Assembly: GCA_001599295.1 (NCBI GenBank)
Contig: BCGN01000001.1
Location: 992,001 to 1,056,000 of the forward strand
Origin: Sporopachydermia quercuum
Lineage: Eukaryota
Direction: 5' to 3'
DNA length: 64,000 bases
The notes under the pieces were generated by a model. The model was not told the origin of the DNA and ran no database searches. It saw only the letters and a list, made by a program, of their open reading frames with translations. The position numbers and the translations under genes were made by a program. The stretch's first letter is position 1, and each line of letters opens with the position of its first letter. Shown piece after piece: positions 1 through 10,542 of the stretch.

Positions 1-1
1 A

Positions 2-1693
2 GAAGATCCATTTGATTTACAACAAATACCATTTAATGATTGTGATTCAAGAGAAAGGTCAGAAAGCTTACAGAATGATTTATTTGCTGATGCAAATGAA
101 TCAGGTGATACTACTGATCACAGCCAAATAACAGCCCGCTCTTCAATTTCATCTCTTGAGTCAACTACCCCAATCCCTCCAAAGCCAAACATCTCCAAGC
201 CAGTGGTAGCTTTACATCTGGGTGCTGGTGTTCATCCCCCCCGATTGTATAACAAATATAAGAAGCTTTCAAACATAGCATGTCGGAAAGCCATGAAGAT
301 ACTGAATTCCACTCCTCCTACAGGTAATGATTTCTCTAGTTGTTTGGCAGTTCAAGCAGCGGTAGCAGCTTGTGAATTATTGGAAAATTCAGAGTTTACT
401 AATGCCGGATACGGCTCAAATTTGAATCATAGAGAGGAAGTTGAGTGTGATGCATCTTTAATGGTTGGTAAGGCATCACCAAGCCCTGAACCTACTAGAT
501 ACATGTCCGTAACTGGTGTTAACAACTTATTCAATCCTATAGGATTATGTGCAGCATTGATGGAGTCGAGAGAAAGAAAATCATTGCAAGGAAAACGAGG
601 GTTCAGAGCACAACCGAGTTTAATTTCGGCAAGAGGTCTTACACCGAAGGATATGGAATTAACCGAGGAGTCTCAATTGTATCCTCTAAGGCACGTTGAA
701 AATAATGAGCTAGTTACTCCTGCTGCTAAATCATTATTTGATTATTGGATGTCTGTGCTAGGATTGAATCGCGAAAACAAGGATAGCAGCAGCAGTAATA
801 GTGGGACTGATAGGAACGATGGCAACAATGTTGATAATAATGATAGCCTCAACCAATCTCAAGAACGACAAAGCGGAATGGAATCAGAAGGCGCCGATGT
901 TGCAACAGAATTGTTCAGCAAGGGTATATCTGGGGACACCGTTTGTGTTGTATGTATTGATGCCCAAGGATTTCACGCCATCGCCTGTAGCAGTGGTGGT
1001 CCTATTTGTAAAAGAGTGGGAAGAGTTGGCTGTGCCGCTCTTGCTGGCAGTGGCTTTTGGGGTGAATCATTTACATTACAAGACCTCTTAGATGTTGACC
1101 AGTTAGACAACGATGATATTGGATCAACCAGGAAACGCAGTGGTGATCAAATCGTCGAACGAGGAGATCAACAAAGTTGCACCATGTGCTTTGCATCCAC
1201 AGGGTTTGGAGAGGATCTAACGAGCTTAGATCTTGCTAGAGCTCTAACAAAAGATGTGAGAAGAACTGTTAGTACTATGACAAATCGCTTCATTGAAAAA
1301 CATAAAAGGAATAAAAATGATGATGAGACAGACAGCAATTTATTTGTATTGAAACGATGTTACGATGAAATAGATTGGTTACGTGTTGTACAAAGGTGCA
1401 TTTTAACCAACGCTAGGACAGTTTACATTCAACAGAAACCTTTGTACCTTGGATCTATAGGTCTCATTCATGTTGCTGATGAGTCTGAAAGTAAGACCAA
1501 ATTGGTTTTCTTCCACAGTACTCAAAGTATGATAATGGCTTACATTACTGGCGACATGAAACGTACCAATGTTATCATCAGCAAGAATAAAAACTCCTTT
1601 ACTTATAGGAGCAATAATCCAATGTCTTGCGGTAATCCCAACTCGGAATTTTTACCAATGTCCAACCTATGTTTTGGAGAAATTTCATTATAG
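2..1693 (+). CDS. Taspase1-like threonine aspartase (asparaginase-2/Ntn hydrolase family), 5' end outside window
   Basis: The frame is open from base 2 (the GTG at 203 is not a true start). Motifs: HLGAG, LENSEFTNAGYGSNLN..EVECDASLM, autocleavage site GD/TV, SSGG..KRVGRVG.AA, STGFGE. Confidence 0.85.
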   Translation, partial: EDPFDLQQIPFNDCDSRERSESLQNDLFADANESGDTTDHSQITARSSISSLESTTPIPPKPNISKPVVALHLGAGVHPPRLYNKYKKLSNIACRKAMKILNSTPPTGNDFSSCLAVQAAVAACELLENSEFTNAGYGSNLNHREEVECDASLMVGKASPSPEPTRYMSVTGVNNLFNPIGLCAALMESRERKSLQGKRGFRAQPSLISARGLTPKDMELTEESQLYPLRHVENNELVTPAAKSLFDYWMSVLGLNRENKDSSSSNSGTDRNDGNNVDNNDSLNQSQERQSGMESEGADVATELFSKGISGDTVCVVCIDAQGFHAIACSSGGPICKRVGRVGCAALAGSGFWGESFTLQDLLDVDQLDNDDIGSTRKRSGDQIVERGDQQSCTMCFASTGFGEDLTSLDLARALTKDVRRTVSTMTNRFIEKHKRNKNDDETDSNLFVLKRCYDEIDWLRVVQRCILTNARTVYIQQKPLYLGSIGLIHVADESESKTKLVFFHSTQSMIMAYITGDMKRTNVIISKNKNSFTYRSNNPMSCGNPNSEFLPMSNLCFGEISL

Positions 1694-3421
1694 ATTATTT
1701 GTATCGTGAAAATCACGAAATTCCTTTACGAGAACAATCCAGCTATTGGTATATTTTACCAGTTTAAATCATTGCACGTTCTTTCAGTGAAAAAGAACCC
1801 TTTCCTACTGTCGGTAGAATTGCACGTTTTGTTGGTCGATGACTTGTTGCCAGAGTACAATACTAGAACAATACCATCTTGAGACTACCAGAACTTATAT
1901 GTATACGATAACTTCACTAATTAAAGGGCACAGAACATAATCAAATTGTCAGAACCCCGCTCTCACTTCAAGATAAACTAGTGTCTCGATTTTCCGTTTT
2001 GTTCGAGTATAGATATTGTTGAACAAAGTGGTGATTGGAGGATTTGCTTAAGGCCTATCCCATGACAATATCATCTAGCCTAACAAATGCACAACAGCAA
2101 NCGACTGTACGGTACTATGCGAAGCCTGAAACTACACTACTTATGCTTCAACGCCCACCCAGTTCAATCGCTTCAAACCTTATAGGATAAGTACATAATA
2201 TGCTCTATAGACCATCAACCATTGTTATTGTCGACTTTATTGCTTGCACATAATGAACTTCAATACTCTGTTAATAATTTTTTTTATCTCTTTTCTTATA
2301 TATCTTATTTAATGATAGTCCAGCCACCTTAGTTCCCTTATCCTTCATAATAAACCTCATATTCATTCTTGTACGTAACTGTGACTTCAATCGGAACCAA
2401 ACCTTATTTTATTTAAGCTTTAAACTAGTTTGTTAACCATCAACCTTAATTTTACTGCCTACCCGATTGCTACTGTTTCAAGGCCAGGCACTAGGCCCTT
2501 AGTTACAAGCGATTGTCAACTATTCACTATTACAAGTAGTTAATTCGCACGAAAGAATAAGAAACTACCATATTTTCAGACCATTTACCATTTACACTAA
2601 CTTAAATTAATAGAGGCTAACCACACACCTTTTTAACGTCAAACTTAAATCATCGAACAAATCATCTATTCTCTCCTCCCTCAATCGCAACTCCAATTAA
2701 ACTCATACATATGACATACAGACGACATGCATCTCCTATGCAGAACTACACAAAGAACTTAAGAAAAGAATTGCTTGTCTGATACAAACCTCTGAATAGC
2801 TACTTAAACAAGTTACAGTTACTACTATGGAAATCGCGGGACAATCCATAATAGTTGTTACATTACATGAGGCCAAATGAATAATACATGCTCCCATTGT
2901 TCCTTATGGGCAGGATTTTCAGTAGTTGTTGTTATATAAGTAAAGTAGTTTAAACTACTGGTATATTTATCGTTAGTTTAACGGAAAATTTTTGGAATTG
3001 AGAGTTAAGAGTAAATACGATAGAAACACTTTTTTGAGCTTGTGAACTGAAAAACGTGCACCAAAAGAAAAGGCAAGGCAAATAGTGTATCAAAACTCAC
3101 CATAGAGCACGGTAGAAAAAAGAATAGCATTATTCTTCAAGATTCAAAGGGAAGGAATTGTTGATACTGTGGAAGAGATATACTTGGAGATATAATAAGA
3201 AGACAAGATAGAGCTTTTATGTCTAACCAGGTGAGACTAATTGGATACCGAACGACAAACGTGTGATCATATTCTTATTCATCGTATATTCGCATCCAAG
3301 AGAGAAGTAAATCACACAGTTCAATTGTTGTGCTGGAGAATAGACAATATGTTTAAATAAATCATACATAACAAGTCACTAAAGAGATCACCAATATTGA
3401 AAACATCAACTTTTATAAACA

Positions 3422-5515
3422 ATGTCAAACGATATTGGCGCCCAATGGGATGATAATATTCCCTATTATGATCAATATGGAGAGCTTTTTGATTTTTCTG
3501 ACTTTGAAGCGCGAACGCTACGAATTGTTGCAATAGCATCAGCATGTACATCAATCGTTGCTGGATTGTTTGCTATTTATTTCTGGTTTCGAATAGATGA
3601 AAGAAGAAGAGTTTTCAGGCATCAATTAATTTTATTTCTTATCGTGTTTGATTTCATAAAAGCTGTTATTCTACTGATATTTCCAGCAAGAGCATTACAA
3701 CAAATCGATTATTATTCTGAACAATTATGTGATGCAGTTGGATTCTTCACTGCTTTTGCTATTGAAGGAGCAGATTTCGCTATTCTTACGTTTGCAATTC
3801 ACACAGCTTTGATAGTATTCAAACCAAACCTACGAACAGGCTATGCAGAAGGCGGACTCTACCCTATAAGATATCTGGTTTATTTTACATCATTCTTCCT
3901 TCCAGTGTTACTCGCGTCGCTTGCTTTCATTGGCCAAGGATATACCATGGAGATGGCTTGGTGCTATCTACCACCAGATCCACTTTGGAAACGTTTAGCC
4001 TTGTCCTGGGTCCCTAGATACTGTATTATGATTACAATCTTTGCGATATACATATCGATTTACCTTCACGTTGTGAAAGAAGTGCATCAATTAGGAAATA
4101 GTGTATCGAATCTACATTCTGTGACGCCTTCAAACACTGAGCAAGAAAAACATAGCAAATGGGAGGGGGTTCGTGATAAATTTATGAATTTACTTTTCTG
4201 TTTCAAGAGTTTTGCCTTGGCAAGCGATTTTGAAATCCAGGAAACGAAAGAGTTTCCAAAAGATAATGCCACCGAAAACTCAAGCAATACACCAAACGGT
4301 TCAAGTGGTAATTCAGTTGGATCTAGCGAACAACAGAAATTTGCTTCTATATCTCTAGTTCCAGGACAAGGAGCTAATGGGGTATCAACAGGAGCTTCTA
4401 TTACAACACCTGTTGTAGCACAAGTTAAACCAATTTCAAGCAACACCCTTAATAATCCAATAATTATAACACATCCACCTGAAGCTACTCAGATGCCATC
4501 TAATATTTTACCCAGCAATCCTTCGAACGATGAGGAACATCCGCAGACTGTGCAACTTGATCCAACCTTCTTCAAAACTCATCTCCACCAAGAAACCGTT
4601 GCAAAATTCAACGAACGAAGGTCAATGATCGAGAAACAAATCAAATCAATCTTTGTCTATCCTATATCATATATTTTCCTATGGTTCTTTCCTTTTTTAT
4701 TACAATGTTTCCAGTTTGGCTATGAACAAACTCATGGACCCATATTTGCTATATCAGTATTAGCGGCATTTATGCAGCCTTTCAATTGTACAGTAGACAC
4801 TTTGGTGTTCTTTTTCCGGGAGCGACCTTGGAGATACACTACATCTGTGCTGAACGAAAAAGAAGCTACCTTTTTGGGAGGATTTCCTGGGGCAAGACAT
4901 CAACCAATAGCTCCTCTGAAGGGAAGAGCGCATTTGCATTTATTGCCTGGTCATCATCATAGTAAAAACGGGAATGAAAGCGAAAGGAAAAGGCATTCTT
5001 TCTCTAATTTTAGTCTAAGATTCATTCAGAAAAGGCGTTCATCGGCTTTCACTGATGTACTATCCCCAACCGATCAACTCCCAGTAAGCACACGTCATCC
5101 TAGTGTTAGTAATGGCAGTGATACTGAACTACATGGAACTTCGGCAGGAAAACATAGCCTTTCTTATTATCAACTCAGGAAACTATCAAAGAACTCCTGG
5201 AGGTCTATTTGGTCGAACAGTAGCTCGGGAGTATCTCCAAAGAAGAGCTGTTCTGTTAATGATACATATACTGGTGCAAAGGAGTTACGAGCTGAGAATA
5301 CCTTAGCAGGTGCATTAACAACCATTGACTCTAAAAGAGAAGAACATGGGTCTGATGTTTTCCCATTCTGCAATGATGGTGATGTCAATAGTAGTAACAG
5401 GCAGGATGTAGGTGGTGGGATTGAAGCTGATACAGGAAAACAAAAAGCAGGAAGGAAGCCTGATGATGAGGATGATGATATGGATCTACTTGAGTTCCTA
5501 CGACGTGGTTACTAA
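3422..5515 (+). CDS. GPR1: Glucose-sensing G-protein-coupled receptor (Git3/Gpr1 family)
   Basis: 7-TM pattern, RRRVFRHQLI.FLI.FD, AIEGADFAI..FAIHTA, SWVPRY, long Ser/Asn third loop, IEKQIKSIFVYP.SY, QPFNC.VD.LVF..RE.PW. Confidence 0.93.
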   Translation: MSNDIGAQWDDNIPYYDQYGELFDFSDFEARTLRIVAIASACTSIVAGLFAIYFWFRIDERRRVFRHQLILFLIVFDFIKAVILLIFPARALQQIDYYSEQLCDAVGFFTAFAIEGADFAILTFAIHTALIVFKPNLRTGYAEGGLYPIRYLVYFTSFFLPVLLASLAFIGQGYTMEMAWCYLPPDPLWKRLALSWVPRYCIMITIFAIYISIYLHVVKEVHQLGNSVSNLHSVTPSNTEQEKHSKWEGVRDKFMNLLFCFKSFALASDFEIQETKEFPKDNATENSSNTPNGSSGNSVGSSEQQKFASISLVPGQGANGVSTGASITTPVVAQVKPISSNTLNNPIIITHPPEATQMPSNILPSNPSNDEEHPQTVQLDPTFFKTHLHQETVAKFNERRSMIEKQIKSIFVYPISYIFLWFFPFLLQCFQFGYEQTHGPIFAISVLAAFMQPFNCTVDTLVFFFRERPWRYTTSVLNEKEATFLGGFPGARHQPIAPLKGRAHLHLLPGHHHSKNGNESERKRHSFSNFSLRFIQKRRSSAFTDVLSPTDQLPVSTRHPSVSNGSDTELHGTSAGKHSLSYYQLRKLSKNSWRSIWSNSSSGVSPKKSCSVNDTYTGAKELRAENTLAGALTTIDSKREEHGSDVFPFCNDGDVNSSNRQDVGGGIEADTGKQKAGRKPDDEDDDMDLLEFLRRGY

Positions 5516-5687
5516 TAAATACTAGGAATGGGAGGTAAATTAAGGACTCAAAGTCAATATAATCACTAGGCTGGCCTAGTCTATTATTCAAAAGTATATA
5601 TAAGTACATTGATGTATTGTAATTACGAATTTTAAAAAAACGTTCTACTGTATCAATTAAAGAATCACGATTATATTAAGCTCGTTA

Positions 5688-8047
5688 TCATTTAAACTCC
5701 TTGTTAATACGTAGATGTTGAACTAATCTCACATAATCAATTAGCAATTGATTCACTTGTCCCATAGTAAGATTATTTATATTCAATTCATCACCATCCA
5801 TTATTGAAGGATTTGTCTTAGCGATTCCATCTATCACAGGCGGATCTATTTTATTAACTCCTCTATCTGATTCGAGTCTGGTTGGCGATAAGTTACTAGT
5901 AGACGTTGTAGATGTTGCTAGAGGGTCTAATGACTTGACAGAATTTGTAGATACGTTTCGCTTATGCCGTTGTTCTCGAATGGACTTGAACACACTGGCC
6001 AGTCTTCCTGATGAGCTTGAACTGGGTACATTCTGTGGGGCATTAGATGAAATTGTGGTGCTGTAAATATGGCTATGGCCTGCTGGTTCTGGTACAGGTC
6101 GTGCTAATTCCGTAGCAGCACTCATGTTGGAATTGGAATTGGTATTTGTGTTGCTATTAGTACCATCAGTACCAGTGATAGTTGAGCCTGAAGCTGTAAC
6201 ATCAGTAGATGGAGCAGTATCTGTTTCTTCACCAGAAATGTTTTCCGGTGTTGGAGACGCCTGGGAGAATCTCGTCATTATAATGTTACTAATGGATTTG
6301 ATACCTTGATCTGCTATATCCGCAGGATGCAATAAAGAGAAAACAGAATTCGAGCCCGCGTTCCAACCCGTCAAAGAACTTGATGATCCAGATGATGTTA
6401 AAGGTGGCACAGATAAACTAAGAGCCCTTCTGTTGCCTTTTTTAAGGCTAATTACTGACCCTCTTTTGACAGGCCCAGGATTCAGCGATTCACGAACTGA
6501 ATCCAATGGCGTTAGTAGTAGATTTTTATCCTCCTGACCATAATTAGATATCTCGTCCAAATCGATATTCAAATCGCTAACAGTGATTGACTCCAAAAAA
6601 GATATTGATGCTTCCATGTTTGTCAAAATGTATAATGATTCACCTTTATTCAATTTATCCTTGTTCCGGAATCGTTTGATATATACTAGATTAAGCCAAA
6701 GATTAGTACAGTTTTCATTGTCATTGATGAACATGAAAATAAGCGTGGGAAGAATTAAATCAGCTGAGGCACTAGCAAATCGTGTTGACTGTAAAGCAGT
6801 TGCTAATAACTGTGCCAATTTTTTATGACTTTTCAGCAAGTATAAGATTTTAGACGAAGGCGATTTGGAGCTATTCATTTTGAGAAAGCACTCGCTTGGT
6901 TTGTGTAGCTGTTTCTTAATGTCCTCCTCTTTTAGAGGTTCTTTTACTTCCAATTGTTCGAATGTAATATTTAATGATTTTAGCAATTCAACCTTTTTGG
7001 TTAACAAACTGTTTCGTAACCTATCAATGCCTGAAATGCTACTTGCATCGGTTGGACCATTTTCGCCGTCAGATCCATAGAATATTTTATCATAAACAGC
7101 ATGACATGCCTGTTTTTCAGCCAATTCACAGTAATGATCTACTTTCTTATCTAACATGCCTTTCTTTTCTCTTCTTTTGGATATTTCATCCAAGGACATT
7201 AAAGGAACATGACGCTTCTTTAGTTCAAAATCTAATGATCCTTTAACGAAAGTGTTACNCTGTTCTTTGAAATCAATATAGAACTTTTGAAATAAACCAG
7301 AAATTTGATCGAGGGTTAATGGTGATGAGTATTTAGGCTCCTGCAAGGACTTAAGAAATCTATATTTGTTAGTATATTGAACAATGAAATAGAACTGTAG
7401 CGACTGATATGGGATGATCAGAAAACTAAGCATGAAAATCGTATTTAAACATACTCTTTCACTAAATCAGATAGCTCCTTTGGCAGTTTCGTTTCTTCGA
7501 AGTGCTCTGGTGATAATAAATTGCTTCTAAAACTCTGAGATTCTTTCCTATTCAACTTTGGGTTCGTTGTAGCAGATTCTTCATTCACTGATGTATCAGT
7601 AGTTGTAATATCAGGAATGGTTGTCTCCTCAATTGGGTCTTCCTTTTCATCATTAGGCTCAACTATTGTTGAGTCGTCATTTTTTTCATTCAATTGGGAT
7701 TGATGGGTATTCTTATCTGTCCTTTCAACAGCCAATTGCTTGTCTTCCCCAGCAACCGTTTTACTCATATTCTGTTCACCCAAATCTGCTACTTCTTCTT
7801 CTTCTTCTTCTTCTTCTTCAGAGCTGACTTCACTGTTTCCACTATCAATAGAAGTTCTTCTTGCTAAAACATCTTCTGAACTTGCCGTACTCACACTTGC
7901 GGTACTCACGCTTACTGATACTGACGCTTTTGATGGCAGAATACCTATTCCGCTTGATGATTCACTTTCTCGATCATCAAACACATATGGATTACCTGAT
8001 AATGATCCTTTCTTGGATTCATCAATTGGTGGTGTATGGAACGGCAT
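5688..8047 (-). CDS. MUK1: VPS9-domain Rab5 GEF (Muk1-like), 2 exons
   Basis: Exon 1 8047-7455 and exon 2 7359-5688. Intron 7454-7360 is GTATGT...TACTAAC-AAATATAG and joins the two track ORFs in frame (KE|FLKSL). VPS9 motifs SP..KI, SAD.ILP.LIF, FRNKD...GESLY.LTN.EA. Divergent from a YPL071C-like gene, as in S. cerevisiae. Confidence 0.85.
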
Positions 8048-9064
8048 AGCCTGTTAGATCATACAATTTTAATGTCAACTACAAGCGCCTTTTAATTCCT
8101 GACAGAAACAAATAAAATAAATATTTCAATGGTAAGAACATCTAGTGAAGCGCAACAGACAGCAGATAGAACAATGGTAATGAATGTGCTTGATTCGCTA
8201 TGAATCGCTTTGTGTTTCAACTAATGTAACTGTTATCAATCAATCCAGCAATTCTACACTTAATAGTAAGAATCAGAACAAGCTACTAGTTACTTCTTTG
8301 CAATTCAAAATCAAAATCAGTCAATTATTCCTCTCAATTCCAAATTCATCAACCAACTTCCGATCTATACATGATAATAAGCCTTCACCTTTCTATCTAT
8401 ACTCTTTTACCAACATCCATCTGCTTCATTGATCGTCATTATGATTACTTGAGTATTATTTATAGTTAACCATACAACTCTGACAACTCTGTTTAGGAGA
8501 ATAACTATCACGTGGTGCCGAATACTCCGATGATTTCGAAAAGTCTTCTGTCAGCCCTTCCTTCAAATGAGCTCCATTGTTCCTTCGTCTGTATTATGTG
8601 CTTATATTATCATTTATTTAGTAGATGAGGGAAATAATGGAAATTTCTAGTAAAACTCGGGGGGTCTGAAAAGACTACTTAACTAGATAGGATAGTTTGT
8701 GCAATGATAAGTGAAGAGATGAGCAATAAAATAGGTAGTGATGAAATAGGGTAGAAGAAAGAATGAAGATTGAATAGAAAGAACGTTTGGATGGACGGAT
8801 CAATGAGAAAGCTAATAGATGGAATGTTGCTGAATTAGTGCGTTGAAATATACAGAGAATAGGTTCTATGAGAATCAGACAATGAGTGCATTAGTTCATG
8901 TATTAACAAAAGCTAGAGCGATAGAGAGTTGATTATATTTATTTATTGCCAAAGATCAGATCAAAAGAGCATTAATATTGTGGAAAAAGGAATGCAGTGA
9001 AGTTTTGTTGATTAGCATGCGAAATGGAAATGGCAGGAAATGAGTTTTTGCATACACAGATTAA

Positions 9065-10078
9065 ATGAGTGGGGAAAACATAGGAATTAAACGAAGCTTT
9101 GATAAATCATCGTTGCTGGATTCTGATTCAGAGTCTCAACTGATTGATAAGAAAGACGATGTAGATGGTGTCTATGGATACGAAGAGTATACCACTATTC
9201 ATCATGATAGCAGGTTGCCAAAAGATAAGCTTAAGAATCGGCCGCCGTGTCATAAGAGAAGACTACTAGATAATTTTAATTCCCTCACTTTAAACGATAT
9301 CAAGGATTTTCATCTTAAATCTAAATACAATAATGAACAGAAAAAGACGGAGACAACCAAAGAAGGATCAAAACTGTATAATGATACTGATTTTATGGAT
9401 ACAAGTGCACCAGATGTAGTGTTTATTCCAAAAATTGAGGAGTTCTTNTCAGATGATGACCAGAGTGACGATGAGCGGTCATATGGTCTACCTGATGAAG
9501 GAGAATATAGTGAAAATAACACTTCGGATTATACAGATTACACTGACTCTGAAATTGGGGAATTCGATTCTGATGGTACACTAAGCATGAATCACAATGA
9601 GGATTTTATAGGAGTCACCAATAGAATAAAGAAAGAGGGGTATAAAAAGAAGAGAAAGTCACCAAAGAGAAAGAAACTTATCATACCTCATGATGTTTTG
9701 ACCTATCCTGGATTTGAGAGTAGAAACACAACCAAAGGCTATAAGACCTATGGAAAATATTACTATGATGACTATGTTGGTAAATACTGGGCATTGGTTC
9801 CATATTATGATCCATGGCGAGTGATATTTCAACATTATGTCTCCTATTATCGAGAAAATGACATTGATATGATTGATGAGGATGATGAGTTGTTTCCTTA
9901 TAGAGATGTAATTCAAAACGAGCAAGAAAAAGCACAATATCAGCAACAAGAGCTACCAATACAGCTACAGGATCAACAGAAATTGATATGCCATACAGAC
10001 TCTTATGCAGGCATCAATGATTTAAAGAACAAGAATGATGAAAGTGAAAGTGAAAGCGAAATGGAGATTGATGGTTAA
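9065..10078 (+). CDS. Uncharacterised acidic protein, probable YPL071C orthologue
   Basis: 337-aa ORF. HKRRLLDNFNSLTLND resembles the YPL071C motif KRKRLI.DLENLSLND (recalled). It also has an aromatic ALVPYYDPW..IF.HY block and an EMEIDG end, and lies head-to-head with MUK1. Confidence 0.6.
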   Translation: MSGENIGIKRSFDKSSLLDSDSESQLIDKKDDVDGVYGYEEYTTIHHDSRLPKDKLKNRPPCHKRRLLDNFNSLTLNDIKDFHLKSKYNNEQKKTETTKEGSKLYNDTDFMDTSAPDVVFIPKIEEFXSDDDQSDDERSYGLPDEGEYSENNTSDYTDYTDSEIGEFDSDGTLSMNHNEDFIGVTNRIKKEGYKKKRKSPKRKKLIIPHDVLTYPGFESRNTTKGYKTYGKYYYDDYVGKYWALVPYYDPWRVIFQHYVSYYRENDIDMIDEDDELFPYRDVIQNEQEKAQYQQQELPIQLQDQQKLICHTDSYAGINDLKNKNDESESESEMEIDG

Positions 10079-10542
10079 TTAAGCACCCACAGCAGACATT
10101 TCTTAATGAATGATCTAAATAAAATCTAGCATTTATAATGTATATTAGCAAATCCACTTCAATTTGAATACCATACATAACATTAACAGTCTTTACGGAT
10201 AGAATAAAACCAATCCTGACCATGTTATAATAAATAAGCATACATAAGTCTATTCTACTATAGCCAATACATGGACCATCAGATATATATTAATAGTATT
10301 TGAATAGTTATTTATACAGAATTATCCAGTTTTAATGTATCACTTATACCGTCCATAATCTTAATTATCTATTTTCATACTCATAATTCACTTATATTAT
10401 TTTCCACTATTATTCTTTCTGTTCAGGAACATAAAACCCATGAATAAGTAACTGCCAGCAGTTAGTTTATTCAATTTCATGGCATGCACAATAAAATCTC
10501 TTTCCACCCTTCAGTTCTCAGTCTTATCCATCATCATTGTTA

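Noticed and set aside
215..229. CUG reassignment to Ala, suggested by taspase H-CTG-GAG versus the common HAGAG
   Set aside because: CTG encodes invariant Leu in Arg5,6 (NLKLV, DNLQ), Tad1 (SDKL) and Sap1 (GMLLFGPPG), and this taspase position varies naturally.
1694..1882. About 60 open codons in frame after the taspase TAG (possible readthrough)
   Set aside because: The TAG-ATT context is not a known leaky signal, and the protein already ends at a family-typical position.
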